Positions 14,171-26,100 of a stretch of DNA of 64,000 nucleotides are shown one piece after another. A model generated the notes under the pieces. That model was given only the letters and a program-made list of their open reading frames with translations, made no database searches and was not told the origin of the DNA. Location: positions 186,001 through 250,000 of the forward strand of contig DF236995.1 of NCBI GenBank assembly GCA_000708835.1, in the 5' to 3' direction. This DNA comes from Klebsormidium nitens (Eukaryota > Plantae > Klebsormidiophyceae). The position numbers and the translations under genes are program-made. Within the stretch, counting starts at the first letter, position 1; each line of letters opens with the position of its first letter.

Positions 14171-17100
14171 ATGGCGGAGAAAGCAACTTCCTCACGGGGC
14201 CATGGTGACTCTACACATTTTTGTGAGCTGCTCCACTTGCATTAACCTCCTCGCTTGAGTCGGAGACAACCGCTGGTGGAAGTTCCTTGCACTGCATTGA
14301 GCTTGTTTTGTTTTTCAGCCTCCATTTTGAAAAGCTCGAGGTTGAAAGCAGGAAATCACAAAGCTAGAGCTGGCATGCAAAGTCCCAATCAGTGAGCTGC
14401 CTGGTGCAATATATATACAGCCTGATCTTTTCTCAAAATTAACCAAATGCTGAGCACCCAGGGGGCATTTCAAACTTTTGGAAGGGCGGCTGTTGATCGA
14501 AGACAGAAGCGAGACACGTAGTTGATGGTGAATATCCTTATTAGTGCAATAAACTCACAAGATTTTGTTCCATACTCAGAACTTATGTTGCAATTGAGCG
14601 CCAGAAATGAGCGGGCACCTTTGAGTCCCCTTTGATCACGGGGCTTCTTCATAAGATCAACAAGCTCATAAAAAAAGTATGGGAGAGTTAAAGTGGTTGT
14701 CCTGGTGTTTGCAGCCGTCTTGGTGGACTTGTTTGAAGCGGTCATCAAGGCAAAGAAGGGCCAGATGAAACGGAAACACCTCAGTACATTTTTCAACTTT
14801 TTGGGGCGTGATTACTTCAGCGCCATGCGCTTGATGATTCCAGAGGTAAGCCTCCCACAGAGGTTTGATGTCGAATTTTGGAGCATGGAGACCAAGCTTT
14901 GTTTGCAAGTGGCCACTGCGATGAAACAGGGATGAAAGTAGAGCTACCGTAGATTGTCACTTTGCAGTGATGGGGGTTCCCTTATACTGCAAGCAGGTGA
15001 CATTGTGCCAGTATTTAGGCGTTAAAATGATGGACTCGTCCAAGATGTCCGCTGAAGCTCGTCCTGCCTAACATCAAATAGTCCATTGGATTTGTAGTTC
15101 ATCGCCCCAATTTCGCTTACTTTCTTCAACCTCACAAATAATGTATTAAAATCATTGATCGAACGGAATGTTGTGAATTTCCGCATAGGCATTGGATAGT
15201 GAATATGTTACCATTGGCTTTGTATGCCACTGCACCTGGGTGAACAGAAGCTCGACGCTTCTCGTTAATCCTCTTTCTATTTAAAAGTGTGTGCCAGAGA
15301 TGTCCTTCCCACTTCGCTGAGAAGCGAATAAACCACCGCGGCAGAATAATTCTCGACGTTCCAAAGTCAAGTCGTCAAGTCAATTCAGGATGAGTTCGCT
15401 CTGGACGAAGACGATCTGCGTCCACAGGATAACTTCGCTCAGAACACACACGATGTGCGTCCACGGAGATTAACCTCAGTTTTCCTTCTCGTCTCTTTTG
15501 CAGCTGGACAAGGAGAGGGGCAACTACAACGTGGGGGCCGACAAGCTCGCCAAATTCACAGCGGACGCTCTAGGCCTCGGAAAGGACACGTCAGACGCCA
15601 AGAAGCTGATTGAGTGGAAGAGGGGGGGCGCGCGGGCGGGGAAAAGCGCCGGCAACTTTGCGATGGTCGCGTTTGAGGTCCTGCAGAACAGGCAGAGGGA
15701 GACGTCGGGGGGGCTGACGATCAGGGAGCTGAACGAGACTCTGGATAAGCTGGTGGCCGCAGAGAAAAGGTGAGGACAATTACTCAGAAACAGTGGCTCA
15801 CGAAGCGTTGGCCGGAACTATCCAACTTGGGCCTGCATGTCTACATTTGATACTAAACACCAAATGTGGATGGACTTGGTTCTTCGCTGGGCAGAGGTCG
15901 TCGAAAAGGCTTTGAAAGTCTCCGTAACCGTCCTTGGAGGCTTGCTGACGTACATCTTTTGAAATTCCTTCTTTTGTTCCTTTTCTGGTTATCACATCTG
16001 GCGTGCTTTGTCCAATCATCGATGGACTTTGAGAAATTTCAGATCTCGCCCATCATTTGAATCTACTTGATTACTAATTTTTCGAGGCTACACTGCTATT
16101 TCGAATTTCAGATCAGAAGTGACTTCTCGAGATCATAAAGCGCTTCCGCCGCGCCGTTGAACTGCTTAAATTAGAAGTAAGAGGCATCTCTAGGTTTGAA
16201 TGGTGAAAGCAGACATCTCCATTGAACAAATCCGACACGAAAGGCATAGGCCGTTTCATTGTTCGAAAGTCGATTATATATTCGTCGGCAGCATTCCAAC
16301 TGCATCGGATCTAGCCTAAGGAGTTCCCTTAGTAGAGCACGAATTGGTAGTGCTGCCTGCCGATACATTGGCTCATGCCTAATCAAGCGCTTGAGCTCGA
16401 GGCTCGAAGCTCGAAACGCGGCCGAACTCGCGGCCGAGGTCGGACGTACTGGCAACTCTTGCTTTCACTAAGGGGTGCTTTCACTAAGATACAGGAGCCC
16501 CGGGCACCTCAACTAAAAACCCTGACCTAAATAATGACCCGCTCCGCACCCGTACCCACCCTAACCCCCAAACCAACCCCACCCGTCCCCCGGGTGCCTG
16601 TCTTAGTGAAAGCACCCCTTAGTGAAAGCAAGAGTTGCCAGAGTAGGTCGGACCGTCAATTTTGCGATACCCGTACGATAGACCGTCGGATTTTGAATTT
16701 TGAGCTCATCGTACGGTTCACGGTCGCTGAGTCACTATACTCGGAGCCCACAACGACTCTGTTTTCACGCGAACTACAAAACCCCACTGCTTCAACCCAC
16801 TTCTTCACTTACCTGGCCGGGGTCAATCTGTGATCATGAAGGCGGATGGCCTGGGACGAGCTGCTTCCATTGCACTCCGGTCGCGGTGAATCCCAGTAAC
16901 ACCCTACGGGGTGTCTACACGGCACAATTTGTGGCAGCCGGGGCTCGCGTTCGCGCGGCCCCTGCCCAACAACACCTCATTCTCATCCACCCCACAACCT
17001 CCATCTTTCTATCACAACAACCCCATTATGCCTCCATCTCTTTAACAACATTAATTCAACTCCCATTTATGCTCTACCCCCACACCATATGTATGCCCTT

Positions 17101-20100
17101 CGCGCTGTCCCTGCCCGAGAACACCTCATCCTCATCCACCCCCACAACCTCCATCTCTCCAATCAAATTATCCCAAAACCATCGGTGCAGAGAAATCAAC
17201 TCCACACCATGTATATGCCCGACTCACCTCAGCTTCCATAATGGTCATTTCGAATTATCGATTCTCTGCTCCAAAACTTCCTTCCCCGAATTGCAGACTC
17301 TCAATAAAGTCCACATGACCTTTCCCATCTTATCTCTACTTCTTGACAGGTGCTCAGCCACATTCATACTTTGCAGATCCCCTCCTCATTGTCTGCTTGT
17401 CATGTCCGACCAGTTACTCGTCAGCAACTCCATATTTGTCAATCGACGATTGATCTTAAGAATCTCATGCCACTCGACCACCTCAAAGCTTGGACTGTTG
17501 ATCAGCATCAATTGGCGACAAGTCTGCACAAGATCTGTCAAACTAGTCCGTTTTGGTTACAGAGGTTTTTCCAGACATATAGCTTCATAATCGCATATAA
17601 ACCGTATGTAAGCCCCCTAACAAACACATCGTGTCTCGAACGCCAGCTCTGGATTTGCACAATTCACATATTTGTGACTTGCCGCCTAACATCTCAGGTT
17701 TGGTTGCTCTTCTCAAAGCGCGCCGCATCATGCAGCCCGTTTATGACGCTGTACACCTGCACTGTCCTGGTCAGTTTGACAGTACGGTTCCTCTTACTGC
17801 TTCAACCTTTCCCTTCGACCTTATCCAATGCCTACGCACTTCTACGCACTTGCATCTGCAGAGAGGCCAAGACCTCTGTCCTGACCGAGCTGATCAACAA
17901 GACCAACGCGCGCGAGATGAAGTGGGTCGTCAACATCATCCTCAAGGACCTCAAGATGGGCATCAGCGAGAAGACCATCTTCTCCGAGTTCCACCCCGAT
18001 GCAGAGGACATCTTCAACGTCACGTGCGACCTGCGCGCAGTCTGCGAGAAGCTCAAGGACCGGACCAAGAGGTTCGCCCGCCAGGTGGGGTCGCTTTCAT
18101 TGATGTCTTTCTGATATGTGCGGTCACAATTTTGATGGGGTTCTGAGTTGCATCTGCAGACACCCTCCAAACCGATAGTTTGTTCGTCCATCTGGTCTCA
18201 AGGTAAAGCAGGAGGCTTTTTTCTGCCCTGTCGGGCTTTGAAACTTAGCCAAAGGCTTTTCTCGAGGGAGTGCCTGCCGAAGCTTCTTGTTCTGAGACAC
18301 GGCTGATTGAGTTGCAGTCTGATTGGTTCGATCCTGGTCTCCGAAAAAGCCCTTACGGACGTGTACATCCAATAACAGGCGTCGTCTCCGCAGACTTTGC
18401 TGACATCTCCTTCTGTTCGATTCCGAGATACTCATTAGAATGGCGCTTTGTTTCATAGGCGCAGCCTCCACTTGAATCTGCCAACTAAGAGGATCTTAAG
18501 TTGAGCCACACAGCGGGACAGTTGTGCTTTTCGACTTTCCCGCTGCATTCAGCTCTATTGTCAGGATCTGATCCGATGCCGGTCTTGTTCGCAGGACATC
18601 GAAATTGGCAAGGCCGTCAGGCCACAGCTGGCAGCCCGGGTGAACACGGTCGAGCAGGCAATGAAGAAGGTGAGCGCGAGGGACTATTTCCTGCCTCTCT
18701 GGTCCTTGCGAGCATACTCGTCAAGTAGGTCGATGAGCAATTGACGGTTATAACATCAACCCTCTCCTGAAGAGTATGAACCAAGTCGGCGAAGGCGTGA
18801 AGACTTCTGAGTTGCCTTCAGCCGCTACTGTAATCTACACAATCCGACAGAGACCGGCCACAACTGGGAGTGAAGACGGCTTGAGTTTGTCGGTTAAGCC
18901 TCCATTTGGTCAAGAAATCTTCGAGACGAGCTCTGCTTGATAGAAGAAACATCGGCCTTGTCTACCTTGGGGACACGAGGCACTGCAGCAGGGGCTACCA
19001 CTAGTCTTTCATTTGGCGAAACCGCTTTGGACTTGTGAGATATCGAGGCTGCTTCGTCTATGCAGATGCGGGGCCGGCCGGTTGTGGTGGAATGCAAGTT
19101 CGACGGGGAGCGCATCCAGTGCCACATCGACGGAACGCAGCTCAACTTCTTCTCGCGCAACTTCAACGACCACGCCGAGATCTACCGGGGCGCAATCGGG
19201 GATGACATCATCAAGCAGACCAAGTCGTCACGGTCTGTCTCGCGAACCCCGCCACAATCTGTGCCTGGGGATTGACAGTTTGTCGCCCATTTTCCTAACT
19301 TAGAAATTTTCAAAACCCCTAGCAGTTGTTCCAAATCGTCCTTGGACAGATTCCCCCGTCTGATGCAAAGAATTAAGGCGGTACCTTTTTGTTGATGTAA
19401 CAACTTGCTCACATCTGAATTTGCATCGACCCATTCTGAAGTGATTTTACAGACGGCTGCGGATCCTACGGTTTCTATCTCTGAAATCCGAACCCGTAAC
19501 CAGGCAAGCAAGTCTTGCTCGGAGACCCTGCTCGAAGATGACCAGAATCGCCTCTTTTTGCACAGGTGCATACTGGATGGTGAGATCGTCGTTTGGAACA
19601 ACGTACTCAAGTCCTTCACGCCCTTCGGGACCAACAAGACAATTGGTGGGTGCCCCGAATCATTATCAGAAAGCTATCCTGAGCTGGCTTCATCTATTTG
19701 GAAAGCATAGCCTGCAGATTTGTCAGACGCGGAATGCAAAACAAGGCGACGGCCGGACAGACAACGCGAGCTTCCGGTCAAACTTTGCGAGCCGGATGCG
19801 AAGGTTCGTGATGTCTGTTACAATGCTTAATGGCCTGATTCCAGCAACTGTGCTCTCAGCTGCCCTTCACGTCAGTTACTTTCTTCGTTGTCGAGTAACC
19901 TCCGTTGTCACGGATACCCTCTGCTGAGTGTGCTACTCACCTCGAATGCTCTTCCTCTTGCAGCGAAGCAGGACGGAGATGGAATACAAGGCGACGAGAC
20001 GGTAAGCTTTTGCGATCCTGCCACTCGCTTCAGTTTGGCCACACCGCGTGTTGCTTCGAGAGGACCGCTTGATCTCCGCAAACGCGTGCGTTTACAAGAT

Positions 20101-23100
20101 ACTTAATGCAGTCGCTCTTTTCGAAATCACGTCGTGGTACTGCTTCCACTTTTCAAACGCTGACCGCTTGTTCTTGTTTTCTGCAGCTGTGCTGTATCCT
20201 TAAAATGGGCAACTCTCCAAAATTTGTTGAGGAACTATCGGCTCTTCTCTCAAGCATCGGTTGCGTAAGCCCTTTAGCGGGTATTGGTCAATGTCACTTC
20301 GCGTCAGAGTGGTCTGCCTACTTTGTCTTTGTACTCTCCTTGTCGAATCTCCCTGACTCTGGGCCACTCAGACATCATCTTCGACATCCTGTACCACGAC
20401 GACCGCAGCCTGATCCACCTGCCGCTGCGCGAGCGCCACGAGATGCTGAAGCAAGTGGTGACGCCGCTCAAGCACCGCATCGAAGTTCTGGTGCCGGACG
20501 CGAAGCTCAACAGAGAGCCAGGTAAAGCGCTTCCTCTGTGTTTCAGCATGTCATTAAAGCTGACCGGAGTTCTTCTGAATGCACTGAATACCGCAGGGCG
20601 GTCACAACTGTTGAGCAGAAGAGATTTGCGAACTTTGTAGTGATGCTGCTCAAGCGCCGCATCGAAGTGCTGGTGCCAGACGCGGAGCTGAACCGAGAGC
20701 CAGGTAAAGTGCCTATCTCGAGTCATCTGAGTTCGTCAATAAGCCTGACCGGAATTCTGCTAATGCATTGAACGCGGAAAGGCGGTACAAAGCTGTTGAG
20801 CAAAACATTTGCTGACGTCGTAGTGACGCCGCTCAAGCACCGCATCAAGTGCTGGCCGCCGGTAATTGAGCTGAACCGGGGCATGCGTGCGCGAGGGTTA
20901 TGCAGGTTTCACTGCAGCAGTCCAACCTTGGACCATCATCCCTGCGAGCGCAGAGGAGGCGTAGACGTGAACTTTGGAGATGGTCGAGACCTGTGGTTTG
21001 CCTTTCTCGTGATCTTCCTCTTGATTCCTTAATCCAGCTACAAATCTGAAACACCGTTGTTTCCCCAATCTTATGATTGCAGGAGTCCAACCGTGGACCA
21101 TCATACCCGCGAGCGCAGAGGAGGCGCAAACGTACTTTCTGGAGATGGTCGAAAACCGGGACGAGGGCGTCATCATCAAGGACCTGGAATCCAAGTGGGA
21201 GCCCGCGGACCGGAGCCCCAACCGCTGGGCCAAGATCAAGCCGGACTACGTCAACGTAGAGACCGACCTGGACGTGCTTATCATCGGTGAGTGTCGAGTC
21301 CTTGATCCTTTAGCTTTCATGTCCTTAAGACAGGGTTCAGTACGAGATTCAAGTTTTGGATATCTTTGTCTTCCATTCCCTGAGATGGGTTACGATTTTG
21401 GATGATCAGGCTTTTGGCTTCTCGGTTGGAGTATAGGCTTCCCGTTCTTGTTTCAGTGGGACATTGGAACTCGAAGATTGCGTTTGAAGCACAGAGTTTG
21501 ACGAGTCTTGGATAGGATTGGCACTTATTACGCATCTAACAGTGATTTTCGAAAAGTTTGTGGGCGGCTCTTAACACGTGCGGAGGGAGATGCGATGGAA
21601 GCAGAAAGACCGAGGCATGATTCTGCAAAGGACTGCTTTGCTGCTCTTCTTGGCCGTTCCAGGAGCTTTCAGGAAGGAGAGACTTTGAGGGAGGAAAACC
21701 ATTCAAGAATGTAACACTCGCACATGGTGGGCGCTTGCCGTTGAAGACCAAGAAGGGCAGTTCAGCGTGTATCTAGGATTGAGTCATCTTTCAGGCTGGG
21801 GATTCCTCAAAAGCAAGCAAACGTACGCCCACACTGTGGGCAAGTCCTGGTGACAATGCTTACCGACTCACACAGGGCGTTTGATTACTCGTATCGCCGG
21901 ACGGCCCAAATTAGTGGCGGACTTGTCAGCCAAGATCGGGGGGAGATCGAAAGTGTCTAGTGCCAGATTTCAAGCCGGCAAACTGCGCAGCAACGAGAAG
22001 TAAGCAACTACCCAGTAAACAAGTCGTTGTTAGGTGACGTAAGGATGACGTTAGGGGAACGCCCAGGTCAAAGTGATTTTCTGATTATGTATATAAGAGG
22101 ACAGTTGGTCAATCACGCGCCCCCCTTTTGCAGGTGCTATGTACGGGGAGGGGCATCGCCGTGGGGGTCAGCTGTCCAACTTCCTGCTGGGGATTGCGGA
22201 GAGGCCAAAAGCCGGCGGCTTTCCTACCAAGTAAGAGCGACATTTAAGGAATTTGTGCCATATCGTTTGAGACCATCTGGTCAGAGCCTATGAATGCCGA
22301 CCATCCATCTCTGTTGAAAGTTGCTACTTCGAAAGACACTGTGTGTGCGTCCGAAGCTCTCTGCCCGGTCCTGCCTCAGTTCCCCTCTGATCATTATATC
22401 GCGATCGCCTTTAAGTGGTGACGTCGTCCATTTCATCCCGGAATCTGCATACTCTTCGCTTGCGATGAGATTTGTAAGGTGGAACACCAGTTTACGCTTT
22501 TTGCCCCATTTCTTCTGACCGAAAGGTCTTACCCTTGGCGAATAGAGCTGTGGAAGATTCGCCGTTTTGCCAGCCAAGGCAAAGAATCAAGTGCCTTCGC
22601 CTCACCATTCTCCCCTGAATTTCCAATACCCGCTTGTTACACCACTTTAGGTCGAAAACAATTCTGGCTTCCACAGACAATCCAGAAGCGCTTTTGCTAA
22701 ATGTTGCTTGGATGTTCAAATGAAAATGAATCTCGATGCAGGTTCCACACCTTCTGCCGTGTCGGGACAGGCTTCAGCGAGACGGAGTTGGACGCTCTGC
22801 GAACCAAACTAGCACCGTATCTGAGGTAGGTTAATGCCTTTCCGAGCTGGTCTGTTCTTGCTCGATGTTCGGTTGGGGCTACAAGCAGCTGATATCTCAT
22901 TATTTGGCAGGATTCCGTATCAGGGTTTCTAAGCGCGAGGACCCTAGTATGTGCTAGTGAAGCAAGGGCCGGACAGCATTCTTCACGCGAAAACAGCGCT
23001 AACCGGAAAAGCTGTCGTCTCTCACGCATAACAAGCGCGCCCGTTCAAGAAAGCCCCTACGCGTACCCAGCTGTCTGAAGTCTGAGCTTCACGAACCCTC

Positions 23101-26100
23101 AGGATTCTAGCTTTTTTCTTCTCCATGCCAACCGAGAATAGTCATTGCCTTTACTCTGTATTGACGCAAACCGGCGCTAATCTGAAAGCAAGGAATCTCC
23201 AGGCGCGACGAGCGAGGCTCGAAGCCTTGCTTCAAGGAGACCCTCCACGCGTCCTCAGCGTCTAACTCCGTAACTCTCAATATTTACTTTAACGCTGATC
23301 AACGCTAACGAACGGATTGCACCGACGAATCCTCGGGAATCTGGGTTCATGTCGACTTAAACCAAAATACCAAAATACCGGTGTCTCCGGGCCCAACGAG
23401 CGCGGCTCAAAGCCGCCCAGCTTGTGGGGAGCTCTCCACGCACAAACAGCATATCCAAAAGCTGTGTTCTGGGCTAGCGCTAACCGAGAGAGTTTGTCCT
23501 CTCCAGGCGCAACGAGCGCGGGTCGAAGCCGCCCAGCTTCATGGGAGCCCTCCGCGCACAAACAGCATATCAAAAACTTGGGTTCTGGGCTACCGCTAAC
23601 CGCTGATTATCGCTAATCGAGATGGTTTGTTATCTCCAGGCGGAACGAGCGCGGCTCCAAGCCGCCCAGCTTCCGCGCACAAACAACGTATCAGAAACTT
23701 GGGTTTTGGGCTAACGCTAACCAAGGAACTTTTTCGTCTCTAGGCGGAACGAGCGCGGGTCGAAGCCGCCCAGCTTCTACGTGTGCACGGGCCACCACAA
23801 GGAGCGGCCGGACGTGTGGGTGGACCAGCCGGAGAAGTCGGTCATTATGCAGATCAAGAGTGACATCCGCACCATCCAAACCGAGGTATGTAGCCGTTGG
23901 GTCAAGTTTGGCGAGACTTTGCTCCATTGAATGTTACCGATATGTTTGGGTCAACACCTGGTGGTGGCGCAGGCGTCGCTGCGTAGGTCATGCAGATCAA
24001 GAGCGACATCCGCACCATCCAAACCGAGGTGCGTAGCCGCTGGGTTAAAAATCTGGCGAGACCTGGTTCCGCTGAATGTTTCCGGAGAAAGGAACGTGTT
24101 CGGGTCGACTCACGGGGCGGTTGCAGGCTTCGGTTGAGTTTGGAGGGACCTGATTTCACTCATTGTTTTTAGGACGAAAATGTTTTGGTCGGCTCCTGCG
24201 GGTTCGTAGGCTTCGGTGTGTAATCATGCAGATCAAGGGCGACATCCGCACCATCCAAAACCGTGCTATGCGGCCGTCCGGCTAGACGTAACTAACGATG
24301 CTTTAAGACTTCATCATTAGCTAGCGCCGACCGAGTCAATGGTTTCTGCGGCATAAAATTGAATCTTCACATGCACCAGATTGGGAATTGGGCGCATCTG
24401 GTGAAGTTGGCAGGTGCATTCGACTACGCTCCGAAAGGACCCGGGTTGACCAAGCGTTTATGCACTGCGCGCGCTCGATGCCTTCCGTCTTCGCATTGGC
24501 ACCAGATCGCCAACGATCGGGAATCTGTTAGGTATTGCTTACTGGATCACCAGAGGTGGCACTGAACTGGGCGTTGGCAAACTCAGTCCCTTTGCTGCGC
24601 ACCGCGTAAGCCGAGACCTCCTTCACACGCGCTACACCGCTTGGTTTTGAACTACGACCTCTCGACGTATTTTTGCAGGTTTTCGCCACCCCCTTCAGCC
24701 TGCGCTTTCCCCGCTGCCAAAAGATCCGCTACGACAAGCCCTGGTACGACTGCCTGGATCTGGACTGTAAGTGATCGGGCGCAGTTGTCTCTCTATGTCA
24801 GCTTTGGTTAGCTGGCCAGGCTTTGACTCTCTGTAAGCTCTCGAATGCACTTGCTTAAAGATTGAGCGCGTGTGTCAGCGGCGGGCCCCACTATCTGACA
24901 GACAATGCTCTGGCCCGTACTATGCTCTGCTCTACCTTGTCGTGGACTTAGCGAGTAGGCTTGCTTCCGGCGCAAAGGGACACGTCAGCCGATCCTAGTT
25001 TGCAGCCCGCAAGTGGGGACAAGATGACGTGTCCGTTTGCGTCTGTGCTACTGATAGTCAATCTGTGCACGCTGCTTGCACGTCATTTTGTCATTGGCCA
25101 CATGGCAGGAGTACCTCAGTGCGCTGCCCCTCAGTTCCTCTTCTCCTGGAGACTTGCGTCTTTCTCCCTTTGTGAAGCAATCCATCGCTAAGGATGACGA
25201 CTCCGAACGCCGTTCCGTCCGGTCACATTAACGCTCACATATGAGATTATTCACACCGACTCTCTCCGCCTGCTTCCAGCCTTCCACGACATGGTGCTCG
25301 CGAGCGGTGGGAACGTGGTCGACGGCTCCCAGTACACGGAGCTCGCGGAAACGGGAACCCAGAAGAAGCGCGTCAAGCCGGAGAAGGCGAAGCTTCCGCT
25401 CGTTCCGGCGCACCTGATGGGAACGGACGTGTCCGGGGTCAAGCAGAAGAGCACCATCTTCGACGGCTGCGTCTTTTGTATCCTTCTCGCTTCGAAGGTT
25501 CTTCGCTCAAAACAATCTTCCTTTTCACCATTTGTTTGACTCCTTCTGGACCTTTTGTGCATTGAGGGTTGACATTCTTCTAACGTTACAATTTACGTCT
25601 GATTATCATTTTGTTGACTGACTCATGCATGGTTTTCGTGGCCGCGTTTGCCATCAAGGCACTTCGGTTGAGATTCTCCCAGCGTTGGCGTATGCGAGCA
25701 GATTCCCAGAGCCGAACACTACTGCTTATCCTCGGTACGAAAGTCAGCGGCGTTCTTTTCGATTTTCCCGCGGTCACTTCTACCTGTAGTTTTGGACGGA
25801 GGCTTTTTGAATCTTCCACTTCCTGCTTGATGCACGCACTGGTTAGGAAAAGTAGTCATTCGAGCTGCACCTCTGATTGGACAATCCATGCCTCTGCTTG
25901 CGTCATCCTTGACAAGCGTGACGTCAGATTTCGCCAACTTCTCCCCGGAGCACGGCAAGGACGCGATGCACCGGCTGGTGGCGGAGCACGGGGGAGCCTT
26001 CTCCATGAACCAGATCGACGCCGTCACGCACATGATCGCCGACAGGAAGGAAGGTGAGCGGGTTTTGCCTAAGAAGGTGATTTTCGCTCTCGCTTTTCTT

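Noticed and set aside
16700-17861. ORFs 16700-17590 and 17350-18114 as genes
   Set aside because: They run through the U1 gene, its C/A-rich duplicated flank and intron 3, where strand-biased composition suppresses stops. Only 17862-18084 is coding.
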